Assembly (NCBI GenBank): GCA_964016885.1
Contig: OZ024741.1
Coordinates: 261,206,001 to 261,270,000 of the forward strand
DNA from: Eledone cirrhosa
Lineage: Eukaryota
Direction of reading: 5' to 3'
Length of the DNA stretch: 64,000 nucleotides
Shown: positions 14,062-29,200 of the stretch, piece by piece
Numbering within the stretch: position 1 is the first letter of the stretch
Layout: each line of letters starts with the position of its first letter
Notes under the pieces: model-generated
Database searches by the model: none
Seen by the model: only the letters and a program-made list of their open reading frames with translations
What the model was told of the DNA's origin: nothing
Position numbers and translations under genes: made by a program

Positions 14062-17000
14062 TTACGAGTGTTTCGACTTACGAGTGTTTCGACATACGAG
14101 TGTTTCGACTTCCTAATGTTTTTGCTTACGGGTGTTTCGACTTACGAATGGTTCGGCTTACGAGTGTTTCGGCTTACGAGTGTTCCGACTTAGGAGTGTT
14201 TCGGCTTACGAGTGTTTCCGACTTACGAGTGTTTCGACTTACGAGTGTTTCGACTTTCGAGTGTTTTGACTTACGGTGTTTCGGCTTACGAGTGATTCGA
14301 CTTACGAGTGTTTTGACTTACGGGTGTTTTGACTTACGGGTGTTGTGAATTACCAGTGTTCCGATTTACGAGTGTTTTGACTTACGGTGTTTCGGCTTGC
14401 GAGTGTTTCGACTTACGAGTGTTTCGGCTTATGAGTGTTTCGACTTACTAATGTTTTTACTTACGAGTGTTTCGGCGTTCGAGTGTTTTGACTTACGAGT
14501 GTTTCGACTTACGAGTGTTTTGACTTACGAATGTTTTGACTTACGGGTGTTTCGGCTTACGGGTGTTTCGACTTACGAGTGTTTCGACTTATGAGTGTTT
14601 CGACTTACGAGTGTTCTGACTTACGAGTGTTCTGACTTACGAGTGTTCCGACTTAAGAGTGTTTCGGTTTACGAGTGTTTCGACATACGAGTGTTTTGAC
14701 TTACGGGTGTTTCGACTTACGGGTGTTTCGACTTACGAGTGTTTCGGCTTACGAGTGTTTCGACTTACTAATGTTTTTACTTACGAGTGTTTCGGTGTAC
14801 GAATGTTTTGACTTAAGGATGTTTCGTCTTACGAGTGTTTCGACTTACGAGTGTTTCGGCTTACGTGAGTTTCGACTTAAGAGTGTTCTGATTTACGAGT
14901 GTTCTGACTTGCGGGTGTTCTGATTTACGAGTGTTCCGACTTACGAGTGTTTCGGCTTATGAGTGTTTCGACTTACGAGTGTTTCGGCTTACGAGTGTTT
15001 CGACTTATGGGTGTTTCGACATACGAGTGTTTTTACTTACGGTGTTTCGGCTTACGAGTGTTTCGACATACGAGTGTTTTGACTTACGGGTGTTTCGGCT
15101 TACGAGTGTTTCGACTTACGAGTCTTTCGGCTTACGAGTGTTTCGACATACGAGTGTTTCGACTTACGAGTGTTTCGGCTTACGAGTGTTTCGACTTACG
15201 AATGTTTTTACTTACGAGTGTTTCGGCGTACGAGAGTTTTGACTTACGAGTGTTTCGACTTACGAGTGTTTTGACTTACGAATGTTTTGACTTACGGGTG
15301 TTTCGGCTTATGAGTGTTTCGACTTACGAGTCTTTCGGCTTACGAGTGTTCCGACTTACTAATGTTTTTACTTACGACTGTTTCGGCGTACGAGTGTTTC
15401 GACTTACGAGTGTTTCGACTTACGGGTGTTTTGACTTACTGGTGTTTCGGCTTACGAGTGTTTCGACTTACGAGTGTTTTGACTTAAGGGTGTTTCGACT
15501 TACGAGTATTTTTGGCTTACGAGTGTTTCGACTTACGAGTGTTTTGACTTACGAGTGTTCTGATTTACGGATGTTTCGACATACTAGTGTTTCGACTTAC
15601 GAGTGTTTCGACTTACGAGTGTTTCGGCTTACGAGTGTTTCGACTTACGAGTGTTTCGGCTTACGAGTGTTTCGACTTACGAGTGTTTTGACTTACGAGT
15701 GTTTTGACTTACGGGTGTTTTGACATACGAGTGTTTCGATACGAGTGTTCTGACTTACGAGTCTTCTGACTTACGAGTGTTTTGACTTACGAGTGTTCTG
15801 ACTTACGAGTGTTCCGACTTACGAGTGTTTCGGCTTACGAGTGTTTCCGGCTTACGAGTGTTTCGACTTCCGAGTGTTTTGACTTACGGTGTTTCGGCTT
15901 ACGAGTGATTCGACTTACGAGTGTTTTGACTTACGGGTGATTTGACTTACGGGTGTTGTGAATTACGAGTGTTCCGATTTACGAGTGTTTTGACTTACGG
16001 TGTTTCGGCTTACGAGTGATTCGACTTACGAATGTTTTGACTTACGGGTGTTTCGGCTTGCGAGTGTTTCGACTTACGAGTGTTTCGGCTTATGGGTGTT
16101 TCGACTTACTAATGTTTTTACTTACGAGTGTTTCGGCGTACGAGTGTTTTGACTTACGAGTGTTTCGACTTACGAGTATTTCGACTTACGAGTGTTTCGG
16201 CTTACGTGAGTTTCGACTTAACTGTGTTCTGATTTACGAGTGTTCTGACTTGCGGGTGTTCTGATTTACGAGTGTTCCGACTTACGAGTGTTTCGGCTTA
16301 TGAGTGTTTCGACTTACGAGTGTTTCGGCTTACGAGTGTTTTTACTTATGGTGTTTCGGCTTACGAGTGTTTCGACATACGAGTGTTTTGACTTACGGGT
16401 GTTTCGACTTACTAATGTTCTTACGAGTGTTTCGGCGTACGAGAGTTTTGAATTACGAGTGTTTCGACTTACGGGTGTTTCGGCTTACGAGTGTTTCGAC
16501 TTACGAGTCTTTCGGCTTACGAGTGTTTCGACTTACTAATGTTTTTACTTACGAGTGTTTCGGCGTACGAGTGTTTCGACTTACGAGTGTTTCGACTTAC
16601 GGGTGTTTTGACTTACGGGTGTTTCGGCTTACGAGTGTTTTGACTTACGAGTGTTTTGACTTAAGGGTGTTTCGACTTACGAGTATTTTTGGCTTACGAG
16701 TGTTTCGACTTACGAGTGTTTTGACTTACGAGTGTTCTGATTTACGGATGTTTCGACATACGAGTGTTTCGACTTACGAGTGTTTCCACTTATGAGTGTT
16801 TCGACTTACGAGTGTTTCGGCTTATGAGTGTTTCGACTTACGAGTGTTTCGGCTTAAGTGAGTTTCGACTTAAGAGTGTTCTGATTTACGAGTGTTCTGA
16901 CTTGCGGGTGTTCTGATTTACGAATGTTCCGACTTACGAGTGTTTCGTCTTATGAGTGTTTCGACTTACGAGTGTTTCGGCTTACGAGTGTTTCGACTTA

Positions 17001-19548
17001 CGAGTGTTTTGACTTACGAATGTTTTGACTTACGGGTGTTTCGGCTTACGAGTGTTTCGACTTACGAGTCTTTCGGCTTACGAGTGTTTCGGCGTACGAG
17101 TGTTTCGACTTACGAGTGTTTCGACTTACGGGTGTTTTGACTTACGGGTGTTTCGGCTTACGAGTGTTTTGACTTACGGGTGTTTTGACTTAAGAGTGTT
17201 TCGACTTACGAGTCTTTCGGCTTACGAGTGTTTCGGCGTACGAGTGTTTCGACTTACGAGTGTTTCGACTTACGGGTGATTTGACTTACGAGTATTTTTG
17301 GCTTACGAGTGTTTCGACTTACGAGTGTTTTGAATTACGAGTGTTCTGATTTACGGATGTTTCGACATACGAGTGTTTCGACTTACGAGTGTTTCGACTT
17401 ATGAGTGTTTCGACTTACGAGTGTTTCGACTTACGAGTGTTTCGGCTTATGAGTGTTTCGACTTACGAGTGTTTTGACTTACGGAGTTTCGGCTTACGAG
17501 TGTTTCGACTTACGAGTGTTTTGACTTACGGGTGTTTTGACATACGAGTGTTTCGATACGAGTGTTCTGACTTACGAGTGTTCTGACTTACGAGTGTTTT
17601 GACTTACGAGTGTTCTGACTTACGAGTGTTCCGACTTACGAGTGTTCCGACTTACGAGTGTTTCGGCTTACGAGTGTTTCCGGCTTACGAGTGTTTCGAC
17701 TTACGAGTGTTTTGACTTACGGTGTTTCGGCTTACGAGTGATTCGACTTACGAGTGTTTTGACTTACGGGTGTTTTGACTTACGGGTGTTGTGAATTACG
17801 AGTGTTCCGATTTACGAGTGTTTCGGCTTATGAGTGTTTCGACTTACGAGTGTTTCGGCTTACGAGTGTTTCGACTTATGGGTGTTTCGACTTACGAGCG
17901 TTTTTACTTACGGTGTTTCGGCTTACGAGTGTTTCGACATACGAGTGTTCAGACTTACGAGTGTTCCGACTTACGAGCGTTCCGACTTACGAGTGTTTCG
18001 ACTTACGAGTGTTAAGACTTACGGGTGTTTTGACATACGAGTGTTTCGATACGAGTGTTTCGACTTACGAGTGTTACGAGTGTTCTGACTTACGAGTGTT
18101 CTGACTTACGAGTGTTCTGACTTACGAGTGTTCTGACTTACGAGCGTTCTGACTTACGAGTGTTCCGACTTACGAGTGTTTCGGCTTCGAGTGTTTCGAC
18201 TTACGAGTGTTCTGACTTACGAGTGTTCCGACTTACGAGCGTTCCGACTTACGAGTGTTTCGGCTTACAAGTGTTCCGACTTACGAGTGTTTCGACTTAC
18301 GAGTGTTTTGACTTACGGTGTTTCTGCTTACGAGTGTTTCGACTTACGAGTGTTAAGACTTACGGGTGTTTTGACATACGAGTGTTTCGATACGAGTGTT
18401 TCGACTTACGAGTGTTACGAGTGTTCTGACTTACGAGTGATTCGACTTACGAGTGTTCTGACCTACAAGTGTTCTGACTTACGAGTGTTTCGACTTACGA
18501 TTGTTTTTTTCACTTACGGGTGTTTCGACTTACGCGTGTTTCGATTTACGAGTGTTTAGACTTACGAGTGTTTCGACTACGAATGTTCCGACTTACGAGT
18601 GTTTCGACTTACGAGTGTTTCGACTTACGGGTGTTCCGACTTACGAGTGTTTCGGCTTACGATTGTTTCGAGTTACGAGTGTTTCGGTTTACGAGTGTTT
18701 CGACTTACGGGTGTTTTGACTTACGGTGTTTCGGCTTACGAGTGTTTTGACTTACGAGTGTTTTGACTTACGGGTGTTTTGACATACGAGTGTTTCGATA
18801 CGAGTGTTCTGACTTACGAGTGTTCTGACTTACGAGTGTTCTGACTTACGAGTGGTCTGACTTACGGGTGTTCTGACTTACGAGTGTTCCGACTTACGAG
18901 TGTTTCAGCTTATGAGTGTTTCGACTTACGAGTGCTTCGGTTTACGAGTGTTTCGACTTACGAGTGTTTTGACTTATGGTGTTTCGGCTTACGAGTGTTT
19001 CGACATACGAGTGTTTTGACTTACGGGTGTTTCGACTTACGGGTGTTTCGACGTAAGAGTGTTTCGAATTACGAGCGCTTCGACATACGAGTGTTTCGAC
19101 TTACGAGTGTTTCGGCGTACGAGTGTTTTGACTTACGAGTGTTTCGACTTACGAGTGCTTTGACTTACGAATGTTTTGAATTACTTCGACTTACGAGTGA
19201 TCTGACTTTCGAGTGTTCCTACTTACGAGTGTTTCGACATACGAGTGTTTCGACTTGCGAGTGTTTCGACTTACGAGTGTTTCGACTTACGAGTGTTCTG
19301 ACTTACGAGTGTTCTGACTTACGAGTGTTCCGACTTACGAGTGTTTTGACTTACGAATGTTCTGACTTACGGGTGTTTCGCCTTACGAGTGTTTCGACTT
19401 ACGAGTGTTTTAACTTACGGGTGTTTCGACTTACGCGTGTTTCGACTTACCAGTGTTTCGACTTACGAGTGTTTCGACTTACGAATGTTCCGACTTACGA
19501 GTGTTTCTACTTACAAGTGTTTTGGCTTACGAGTGTTTCGACTTACGA

Positions 19549-19625
19549 AAATAACAAATAGACGCGGTTTCAAATATCTATGCTTTTCAAATTCATTACA
19601 TTAATCTTTATTTATACGTTTCGCT
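19549..19625 (+). repeat. 77-bp linker, copy 4 (haplotype A': CAAATAG / ATATCTATGC)
   Basis: One substitution relative to haplotype A. Confidence 0.97.
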
Positions 19626-21992
19626 TTACGAGTGTTTCGGCGTACGAGTGTTTCGACTTACGAGTGTTTTAACTTACGGTTGTTTCGACTTACCCGTTTT
19701 TCGACTACGAATGTTCCGACTTACGAGTGTTTCGACTTACGAGTGTTTCGACTTACGAGTGCTTTGACTTACGAATGTTTTGACTTACTACGACTTACGA
19801 GTGATCTGACTTACGAGTGTTCCTACTTACGAGTGTTTCGACTTACGAGTGTTTCGACTTGCGAGTGTTTCGACTTACGAGTGTTTCGGCTTATGAGTGT
19901 TTCGACTTACGAGTGTTTTGACTTACGGTGTTTCGGCTTACGAGTGTTTCGACTTACGAGTGTTTTGACTTACGGGTGTTTTGACATACGAGTGTTTCGA
20001 TACGAGTGTTCTGACTTACGAGTGTTCTGACTTACGAGTGTTTTGACTTACGAGTGTTCTGACTTACGAGTGTTCCGACTTACGAGTGTTCCGACTTACG
20101 AGTGTTTCGGCTTACGAGTGTTTCCGGCTTACGAGTGTTTCGACTTACGAGTGTTTTGACTTACGGTGTTTCGGCTTACGAGTGATTCGACTTACGAGTG
20201 TTTTGACTTACGGGTGTTTTGACTTACGGGTGTTGTGAATTACGAGTGTTCCGATTTACGAGTGTTTCGGCTTATGAGTGTTTCGACTTACGAGTGTTTC
20301 GGCTTACGAGTGTTTCGACTTATGGGTGTTTCGACTTACGAGCGTTTTTACTTACGGTGTTTCGGCTTACGAGTGTTTCGACATACGAGTGTTCAGACTT
20401 ACGAGTGTTCCGACTTACGAGCGTTCCGACTTACGAGTGTTTCGACTTACGAGTGTTAAGACTTACGGGTGTTTTGACATACGAGTGTTTCGATACGAGT
20501 GTTTCGACTTACGAGTGTTACGAGTGTTCTGACTTACGAGTGTTCTGACTTACGAGTGTTCTGACTTACGAGTGTTCTGACTTACGAGCGTTCTGACTTA
20601 CGAGTGTTCCGACTTACGAGTGTTTCGGCTTCGAGTGTTTCGACTTACGAGTGTTCTGACTTACGAGTGTTCCGACTTACGAGCGTTCCGACTTACGAGT
20701 GTTTCGGCTTACAAGTGTTCCGACTTACGAGTGTTTCGACTTACGAGTGTTTTGACTTACGGTGTTTCTGCTTACGAGTGTTTCGACTTACGAGTGTTAA
20801 GACTTACGGGTGTTTTGACATACGAGTGTTTCGATACGAGTGTTTCGACTTACGAGTGTTACGAGTGTTCTGACTTACGAGTGATTCGACTTACGAGTGT
20901 TCTGACCTACAAGTGTTCTGACTTACGAGTGTTTCGACTTACGATTGTTTTTTTCACTTACGGGTGTTTCGACTTACGCGTGTTTCGATTTACGAGTGTT
21001 TAGACTTACGAGTGTTTCGACTACGAATGTTCCGACTTACGAGTGTTTCGACTTACGAGTGTTTCGACTTACGGGTGTTCCGACTTACGAGTGTTTCGGC
21101 TTACGATTGTTTCGAGTTACGAGTGTTTCGGTTTACGAGTGTTTCGACTTACGGGTGTTTTGACTTACGGTGTTTCGGCTTACGAGTGTTTTGACTTACG
21201 AGTGTTTTGACTTACGGGTGTTTTGACATACGAGTGTTTCGATACGAGTGTTCTGACTTACGAGTGTTCTGACTTACGAGTGTTCTGACTTACGAGTGGT
21301 CTGACTTACGGGTGTTCTGACTTACGAGTGTTCCGACTTACGAGTGTTTCAGCTTATGAGTGTTTCGACTTACGAGTGCTTCGGTTTACGAGTGTTTCGA
21401 CTTACGAGTGTTTTGACTTATGGTGTTTCGGCTTACGAGTGTTTCGACATACGAGTGTTTTGACTTACGGGTGTTTCGACTTACGGGTGTTTCGACGTAA
21501 GAGTGTTTCGAATTACGAGCGCTTCGACATACGAGTGTTTCGACTTACGAGTGTTTCGGCGTACGAGTGTTTTGACTTACGAGTGTTTCGACTTACGAGT
21601 GCTTTGACTTACGAATGTTTTGAATTACTTCGACTTACGAGTGATCTGACTTTCGAGTGTTCCTACTTACGAGTGTTTCGACATACGAGTGTTTCGACTT
21701 GCGAGTGTTTCGACTTACGAGTGTTTCGACTTACGAGTGTTCTGACTTACGAGTGTTCTGACTTACGAGTGTTCCGACTTACGAGTGTTTTGACTTACGA
21801 ATGTTCTGACTTACGGGTGTTTCGCCTTACGAGTGTTTCGACTTACGAGTGTTTTAACTTACGGGTGTTTCGACTTACGCGTGTTTCGACTTACCAGTGT
21901 TTCGACTTACGAGTGTTTCGACTTACGAATGTTCCGACTTACGAGTGTTTCTACTTACAAGTGTTTTGGCTTACGAGTGTTTCGACTTACGA

Positions 21993-22069
21993 AAATAACA
22001 AATAGACGCGGTTTCAAATATCTATGCTTTTCAAATTCATTACATTAATCTTTATTTATACGTTTCGCT
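21993..22069 (+). repeat. 77-bp linker, copy 5 (haplotype A')
   Basis: Same as copy 4, offset 2444. Confidence 0.97.
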
Positions 22070-24327
22070 TTACGAGTGTTTCGGCGTACGAGTGTTTCGA
22101 CTTACGAGTGTTTTAACTTACGGTTGTTTCGACTTACCCGTTTTTCGACTACGAATGTTCCGACTTACGAGTGTTTCGACTTACGAGTGTTTCGACTTAC
22201 GAGTGCTTTGACTTACGAATGTTTTGACTTACTACGACTTACGAGTGATCTGACTTACGAGTGTTCCTACTTACGAGTGTTTCGACTTACGAGTGTTTCG
22301 ACTTGCGAGTGTTTCGACTTACGAGTGTTTCGGCTTACGAGTGTTTCGGTGTTTCGGCTTACGTGTGTTTCGACTTACGAGTGTTTCGACTTACGAGTGT
22401 TTCGGCTTATGAGTGTTTCGACTTACGAGTGCTTCGGCTTACGAGTGTTTCGACTTACGAGAATTTCGGCTTACGAGTGTTTCGACGTACGAATGTTTTG
22501 GCATACGAGTGTTTCGGCTTATGAGTGTTTCGGCTTACGAGTGTTTCGACTTACGAGTGTTTCGGCTTACGAGTGTTTCAGTGTTTCGGCTTACGTGTGT
22601 TTCGTCTTACGAGTGTTTCGACTTACGACTGTTTCGGCTTACGAGTGTTTCGGCTTACGAGTGTTTCGGCTTATGAGGGTTTCGACTTACGAGTGCTTCG
22701 GCTTACGAGTGTTTCGACTTACGAGTGTTTCGGCTTACGAGTCTTTCGACTTCCGAGTGTTTTGACTTACGGTGTTTCGGCTTACGAGTGATTCGACTTA
22801 CGAGTGTTTTGACTTACGGGTGATTTGACTTACGGGTGTTGTGAATTACGAGTGTTCCGATTTACGAGTGTTTTGACTTACGGTGTTTCGGCTTACGAGT
22901 GATTCGACTTACGAATGTTTTGACTTACGGGTGTTTCGGCTTGCGAGTGTTTCGACTTATGAGTGTTTCGGCTTACGTGAGTTTCGACTTAAGAGTGTTC
23001 TGATTTACGAGTGTTCTGACTTGCGGGTGTTCTGATTTACGAGTGTTCCGACTTACGAGTGTTTCGGCTTATTAGTGTTTCGACTTACGAGTGTTTCGGC
23101 TTACGAGTGTTTCGACTTATGGGTGTTTCGACATACGAGTGTTTTTACTTACGGTGTTTCGGCTTACGAGTGTTTCGACATACGAGTGTTTTGACTTACG
23201 GGTGTTTCGACTTACGAGTGTTTCGACTTACGAGTGTTTCGGCTTACGAGTGTTTCGACTTACTAATGTTCTTACTTACGAGTGTTTCGGCGTACGAGAG
23301 TTTTGACTTACGAGTGTTTCGACTTACGAGTGTTTCGACTTACGAGTGTTTTGACTTACGAATGTTGTGACTTACGGGTGTTTCGGCTTACGAGTGTTTC
23401 GACTTACGAGTCTTTCGGCTTACGAGTGTTTCGACTTACTAATGTTTTTACTTACGAGTGTTTCGGCGTACGAGTGTTTCGACTTACGAGTGTTTCGATT
23501 TACGGGTGTTTTGACTTACGGGTGTTTCGGCTTACGAGTGTTTTGATTTACGAGTGTTTTGACTTAAGGGTGTTTCGACTTACGAGTATTTCTGGCTTAC
23601 GAGTGTTTCGACTTACGAGTGTTTTGACTTACGAGTGTTCTGATTTACGGATGTTTCGACATACGAGTGTTTCGACTTACGAGTGTTTCGGCTTAAGAGT
23701 GTTTCGACTTACGAGTGCTTCGGCTTACGAGTGTTTCGACTTACGAGTATTTCGGCTTACGAGTGTTTCGACGTACGAATGTTTTGGCTTACGAGTGTTT
23801 CGGCTTATGAGTGTTTCGGCTTACGAGTGTTTCGACTTACGAGTGTTTCGGCTTACGAGTGTTTCAGTGTTTCGGCTTACGTGTGTTTCGACTTACGAGT
23901 GTTTCGACTTACGACTGTTTCGGCTTACGAGTGTATCGGCTTACGAGTGTTTCGGCTTACGAGTGTTTTGACTTACGAGTGTTTTGACTTACGATTGTTT
24001 GGCTTACGAGTGTTCTGACTTACGGGTGTTCTGACTTACGAGTGTTCCGACTTACGAGTGTTTCGGCTTACGAGTGTTTCGGCTTACGAGTGTTTCGACT
24101 TACGGGTGTTTCGACTTACGAGTGGTTTGGCTTACGGTGTTTCGGCTTACGAGTGTTTCGAGTTACGAGTGTTTTGACTTACGCGTGTTTTGACATACGA
24201 GTGTTTCGATACGAGTGTTCTGACTTACGAGTGTTCTGACTTACGAGTGTTCTGACTTACGAGTGTTCCGACTTTACGAGTGTTTCGGCTCACGAGTGTT
24301 TCGGCTTACGAGTGTTTCGACTTACGA

Positions 24328-24404
24328 AAATAACAAATAGACGCGGTTTCAAATCTCTATGATTTTCAAATTCATTACATTAATCTTTATTTATACGTTT
24401 CGCT
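24328..24404 (+). repeat. 77-bp linker, copy 6 (haplotype B)
   Basis: Direct sequence match to copy 3. Confidence 0.97.
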
Positions 24405-26224
24405 TTACGAGTGTTTCGACTTACGAGTGTTTCGACATACGAGTGTTTCGACTTCCGAATGTTTTTGTTTACGGGTGTTTCGACTTACGAATGTTTCGGC
24501 TTACGAGTGTTTCGGCTTACGAGTGTTCCGACTTAGGAGTGTTTCGGCTTACGAGTGTTTCCGGCTTACGAGTGTTTCGACTTACGAGTGATTCGACTTA
24601 CGAGTGTTTTGACTTACGGGTGTTCCGACTTACCAGTGTTCCGATTTACGAGTGTTTTGACTTACGGTGTTTCGGCTTGCGAGTGTTTCGACTTACGAGT
24701 GTTTCGGCTTTTGAGTGTTTCGACTTACTAATGTTTTTACTTACGAGTGTTTCGGCGTTCGAGTGTTTTGACTTACGAGTGTTTCGACTTACGAGTGTTT
24801 TGACTTACGAGTGTTCTGACTTACGAGTGTTCTGACTTACGAGTGTTCCGACTTACGAGTGTTTCGGTTTACGAGTGTTTCGACATACGAGTGTTTTGAC
24901 TTACGGGTGTTTCGACTTACGAGTGTTTCGGCTTACGAGTGTTTCGACTTACTAATGTTTTTACTTACGAGTGTTTCGGTGTACGAATGTTTTGACTTAA
25001 GGATGTTTCGACTTACGAGTGTTTCGACTTACGAGTGTTTCGGCTTACGTGAGTTTTGACTTAAGAGTGTTCTGATTTACGAGTGTTCTGACTTGCGGGT
25101 GTTCTGATTTACGAGTGTTTCGGCTTACGAGTGTTTCGACTTATGGGTGTTTCGACTTACGAGTGTTTTTACTTACGGTGTTTCGGCTTACGAGTGTTTC
25201 GACATACGAGTGTTTTGACTTACGGGTGTTTCGGCTTATGAGTGTTTCGACTTACTAATGTTTTTACTTACGAGTGTTTCGGCGTACGAGAGTTTTGACT
25301 TACGAGTGTTTCGACTTACGAGTGTTTTGACTTACGAATGTTTTGACTTACGGGTGTTTCGGCTTATGAGTGTTTCGACTTACGAGTCTTTCGGCTTACG
25401 AGTGTTTCGACTTACTAATGTTTTTACTTACGAGTGTTTCGGCGTACGAGTGTTTCGACTTACGAGTGTTTCGACTTACGGGTGTTTTGACTTACTGGTG
25501 TTTCGGCTTACGAGTGTTTCGACTTACGAGTGTTTTGACTTAAGGGTGTTTCGACTTACGAGTATTTTTGACTTACGAGTGTTTCGACTTACGAGTGTTT
25601 TGACTTACGAGTGTTCTGATTTACGGATGTTTCGACATACTAGTGTTTCGACTTACGAGTGTTTCGACTTATGAGTGTTTCGACTTACGAGTGTTTCGGC
25701 TTACGAGTGTTTCGACTTACGAGTGTTTTGACTTACGGTGTTTCGGCTTACGAGTGTTTCGACTTACGAGTGTTTTGACTTACGGGTGTTTTGACATACG
25801 AGTGTTTCGATACGAGTGTTCTGACTTACGAGTGTTCTGACTTACGAGTGTTTTGACTTACGAGTGTTCTGACTTACGAGTGTTCCGACTTACGAGTGTT
25901 TCGGCTTACGAGTGTTTCCGGCTTACGAGTGTTTCGACTTCCGAGTGTTTTGACTTACGGTGTTTCGGCTTACGAGTGATTCGACTTACGAGTGTTTTGA
26001 CTTACGGGTGATTTGACTTACGGGTGTTGTGAATTACGAGTGTTCCGATTTACGAGTGTTTTGACTTACGGTGTTTCGGCTTACGAGTGATTCGACTTAC
26101 GAATGTTTTGACTTACGGGTGTTTCGGCTTGCGAGTGTTTCGACTTACGAGTGTTTCGGCTTATGGGTGTTTCGACTTACTAATGTTTTTACTTACGAGT
26201 GTTTCGGCGTACGAGTGTTTTGAC

Positions 26225-29200
26225 TTACGAGTGTTTCGACTTACGAGTGTTTCGGCTTACGTGAGTTTCGACTTAACTGTGTTCTGATTTACGAGTGTTC
26301 TGACTTGCGGGTGTTCTGATTTACGAGTGTTCCGACTTACGAGTGTTTCGGCTTATGAGTGTTTCGACTTACGAGTGTTTGGGCTTACGAGTGTTTCGAC
26401 TTATGGGTGTTTCGACTTACGAGTGTTTTTACTTACGGTGTTTCGGCTTACGAGTGTTTCGACTTACGAGTGTTTTGACTTACGAATGTTTTGACTTACG
26501 GGTGTTTCGGCTTACGAGTGTTTCGACTTACTAATGTTCTTACTTACGAGTGTTTCGGCGTACGAGAGTTTTGACTTACGAGTGTTTCGACTTACGAGTG
26601 TTTCGACTTACGAGTGTTTTGACTTACGAATGTTTTGACTTACGCGTGTTTCGGCTTACGAGTGTTTCGACTTACGAGTCTTTCGGCTTACGAGTGTTTC
26701 GACTTACTAATGTTTTTACTTACGAGTGTTTCGGCGTACGAGTGTTTCGACTTACGAGTGTTTCGACTTACGGGTGTTTTGACTTACGGGTGTTTCGGCT
26801 TACGAGTGTTTTGACTTACGAGTGTTTTCACTTAAGGGTGTTTCGACTTACGAGTATTTTTGTCTTACGAGTGTTTCGACTTACGAGTGTTTTGACTTAC
26901 GAGTGTTCTGATTTACGGATGTTTCGACATACGAGTGTTTCGACTTACGAGTGTTTCGACTTATGAGTGTTTCGACTTACGAGTGTTTCGGCTTACGTGA
27001 GTTTCGACTTAAGAGTGTTCTGATTTACGAGTGTTCTGACTTGCGGGTGTTCTGATTTACGAATGTTCCGACTTACGAGTGTTTCGTCTTATGAGTGTTT
27101 CGACTTACGAGTGTTTCGGCTTACGAGTGTTTCGACTTACGAGTGTTTTGACTTACGAATGTTTTGACTTACGGGTGTTTCGGCTTACGAGTGTTTCGAC
27201 TTACGAGTCTTTCGGCTTACGAGTGTTTCGGCGTACGAGTGTTTCGACTTACGAGTGTTTCGACTTACGGGTGTTTTGACTTACGAGTATTTTTGGCTTA
27301 CGAGTGTTTCGACTTACAAGTGTTTTGAATTACGAGTGTTCTGATTTACGGATGTTTCGACATACGAGTGTTTCGACTTACGAGTGTTTCGACTTATGAG
27401 TGTTTCGACTTACGAGTGTTTCGACTTACGAGTGTTTCGGCTTATGAGTGTTTCGACTTACGAGTGTTTTGACTTACGGTGTTTCGGCTTACGAGTGTTT
27501 CGCCTTACGAGTGTTTTGACTTACGGGTGTTTTGACATACGAGTGTTTCGACTTACGTGAGTTTCGACTTAAGAGTGTTCTGATTTACGAGTGTTCTGAC
27601 TTGCGGGTGTTCTGATTTACGAGTGTTCCGACTTACGAGTGTTTCGGCTTATTAGTGTTTCGACTTACGAGTGTTTCGGCTTACGAGTGTTTCGACTTAT
27701 GGGTGTTTCGACATACGAGTGTTTTTACTTACGGTGTTTCGGCTTACGAGTGTTTCGACATACGAGTGTTTTGACTTACGGGTGTTTCGACTTACGAGTG
27801 TTTTGACTTACGAATGTTTTGACTTACGGGTGTTTCGGCTTACGAGTGTTTAGACTTACGAGTGTTTCGACTTACGAGTGTTTCGGCTTACGTGAGTTTC
27901 GACTTAACTGTGTTCTGATTTACGAGTGTTCTGACTTGCGGGTGTTCTGATTTACGAGTGTTCCGACTTACGAGTGTTTCGGCTTATGAGTGTTTCGACT
28001 TACGAGTGTTTGGGCTTACGAGTGTTTCGACTTATGGGTGTTTCGACTTATGAGTGTTTTTACTTACGTTGTTTCGGCTTACGAGTGTTTCGACTTACGA
28101 GTGTTTTGACTTACGAATGTTTTGACTTACGGGTGTTTCGGCTTACGAGTGTTTCGACTTACTAATGTTCTTACTTACGAGTGTTTCGGCGTACGAGAGT
28201 TTTGACTTACGAGTGTTTCGACTTACGAGTGTTTCGACTTACGAGTGTTTTGACTTACGAATGTTTTGACTTACGCGTGTTTCGGCTTACGAGTGTTTCG
28301 ACTTACGAGTCTTTCGGCTTACGAGTGTTTCGACTTACTAATGTTTTTACTTACGAGTGTTTCGGCGTACGAGTGTTTCGACTTACGAGTGTTTCGACTT
28401 ACGGGTGTTTTGACTTACGGGTGTTTCGGCTTACGAGTGTTTTGACTTACGAGTGTTTTGACTTAAGGGTGTTTCGACTTACGAGTATTTTTGGCTTACG
28501 AGTGTTTCGACTTACGAGTGTTTTGACTTACGAGTGTTCTGATTTACGGATGTTTCGACATACGAGTGTTTCGACTTACGAGTGTTTCGACTTATGAGTG
28601 TTTCGACTTACGAGTGTTTCGGCTTACGTGAGTTTCGACTTAAGAGTGTTCTGATTTACGAGTGTTCTGACTTGCGGGTGTTCTGATTTACGAATGTTCC
28701 GACTTACGAGTGTTTCGTCTTATGAGTGTTTCGACTTACGAGTGTTTCGGCTTACGAGTGTTTCGACTTACGAGTGTTTTGACTTACGAATGTTTTGACT
28801 TACGGGTGTTTCGGCTTACGAGTGTTTCGACTTACGAGTCTTTCGGCTTACGAGTGTTTCGGCGTACGAGTGTTTCGACTTACGAGTGTTTCGACTTACG
28901 GGTGTTTTGACTTACGAGTATTTTTGGCTTACGAGTGTTTCGACTTACAAGTGTTTTGAATTACGAGTGTTCTGATTTACGGATGTTTCGACATACGAGT
29001 GTTTCGACTTACGAGTGTTTCGACTTATGAGTGTTTCGACTTACGAGTGTTTCGACTTACGAGTGTTTCGGCTTATGAGTGTTTCGACTTACGAGTGTTT
29101 TGACTTACGGTGTTTCGGCTTACGAGTGTTTCGACTTACGAGTGTTTTGACTTACGGGTGTTTTGACATACGAGTGTTTCGACTTACGTGAGTTTCGACT

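Larger units (their letters stand above)
17418..22336 (+). repeat. Near-perfect tandem duplication of a 2444-bp block
   Basis: Identical ORF-track translations at +2444 (17775/20219, 18160/20604, 18884/21328); linker 19549/21993. Confidence 0.95.

Noticed and set aside
14016-14348. ORFs starting in the linker (MIFKFITLIFIYTF.., also at 24359, 31034, 36660, 57004) that look like a signal peptide plus a repeat protein
   Set aside because: The hydrophobic N-terminus follows from T-rich codons in the linker, and downstream length is set by chance stops in the satellite. There is no expression evidence; only Ribo-seq or proteomics could revive it.
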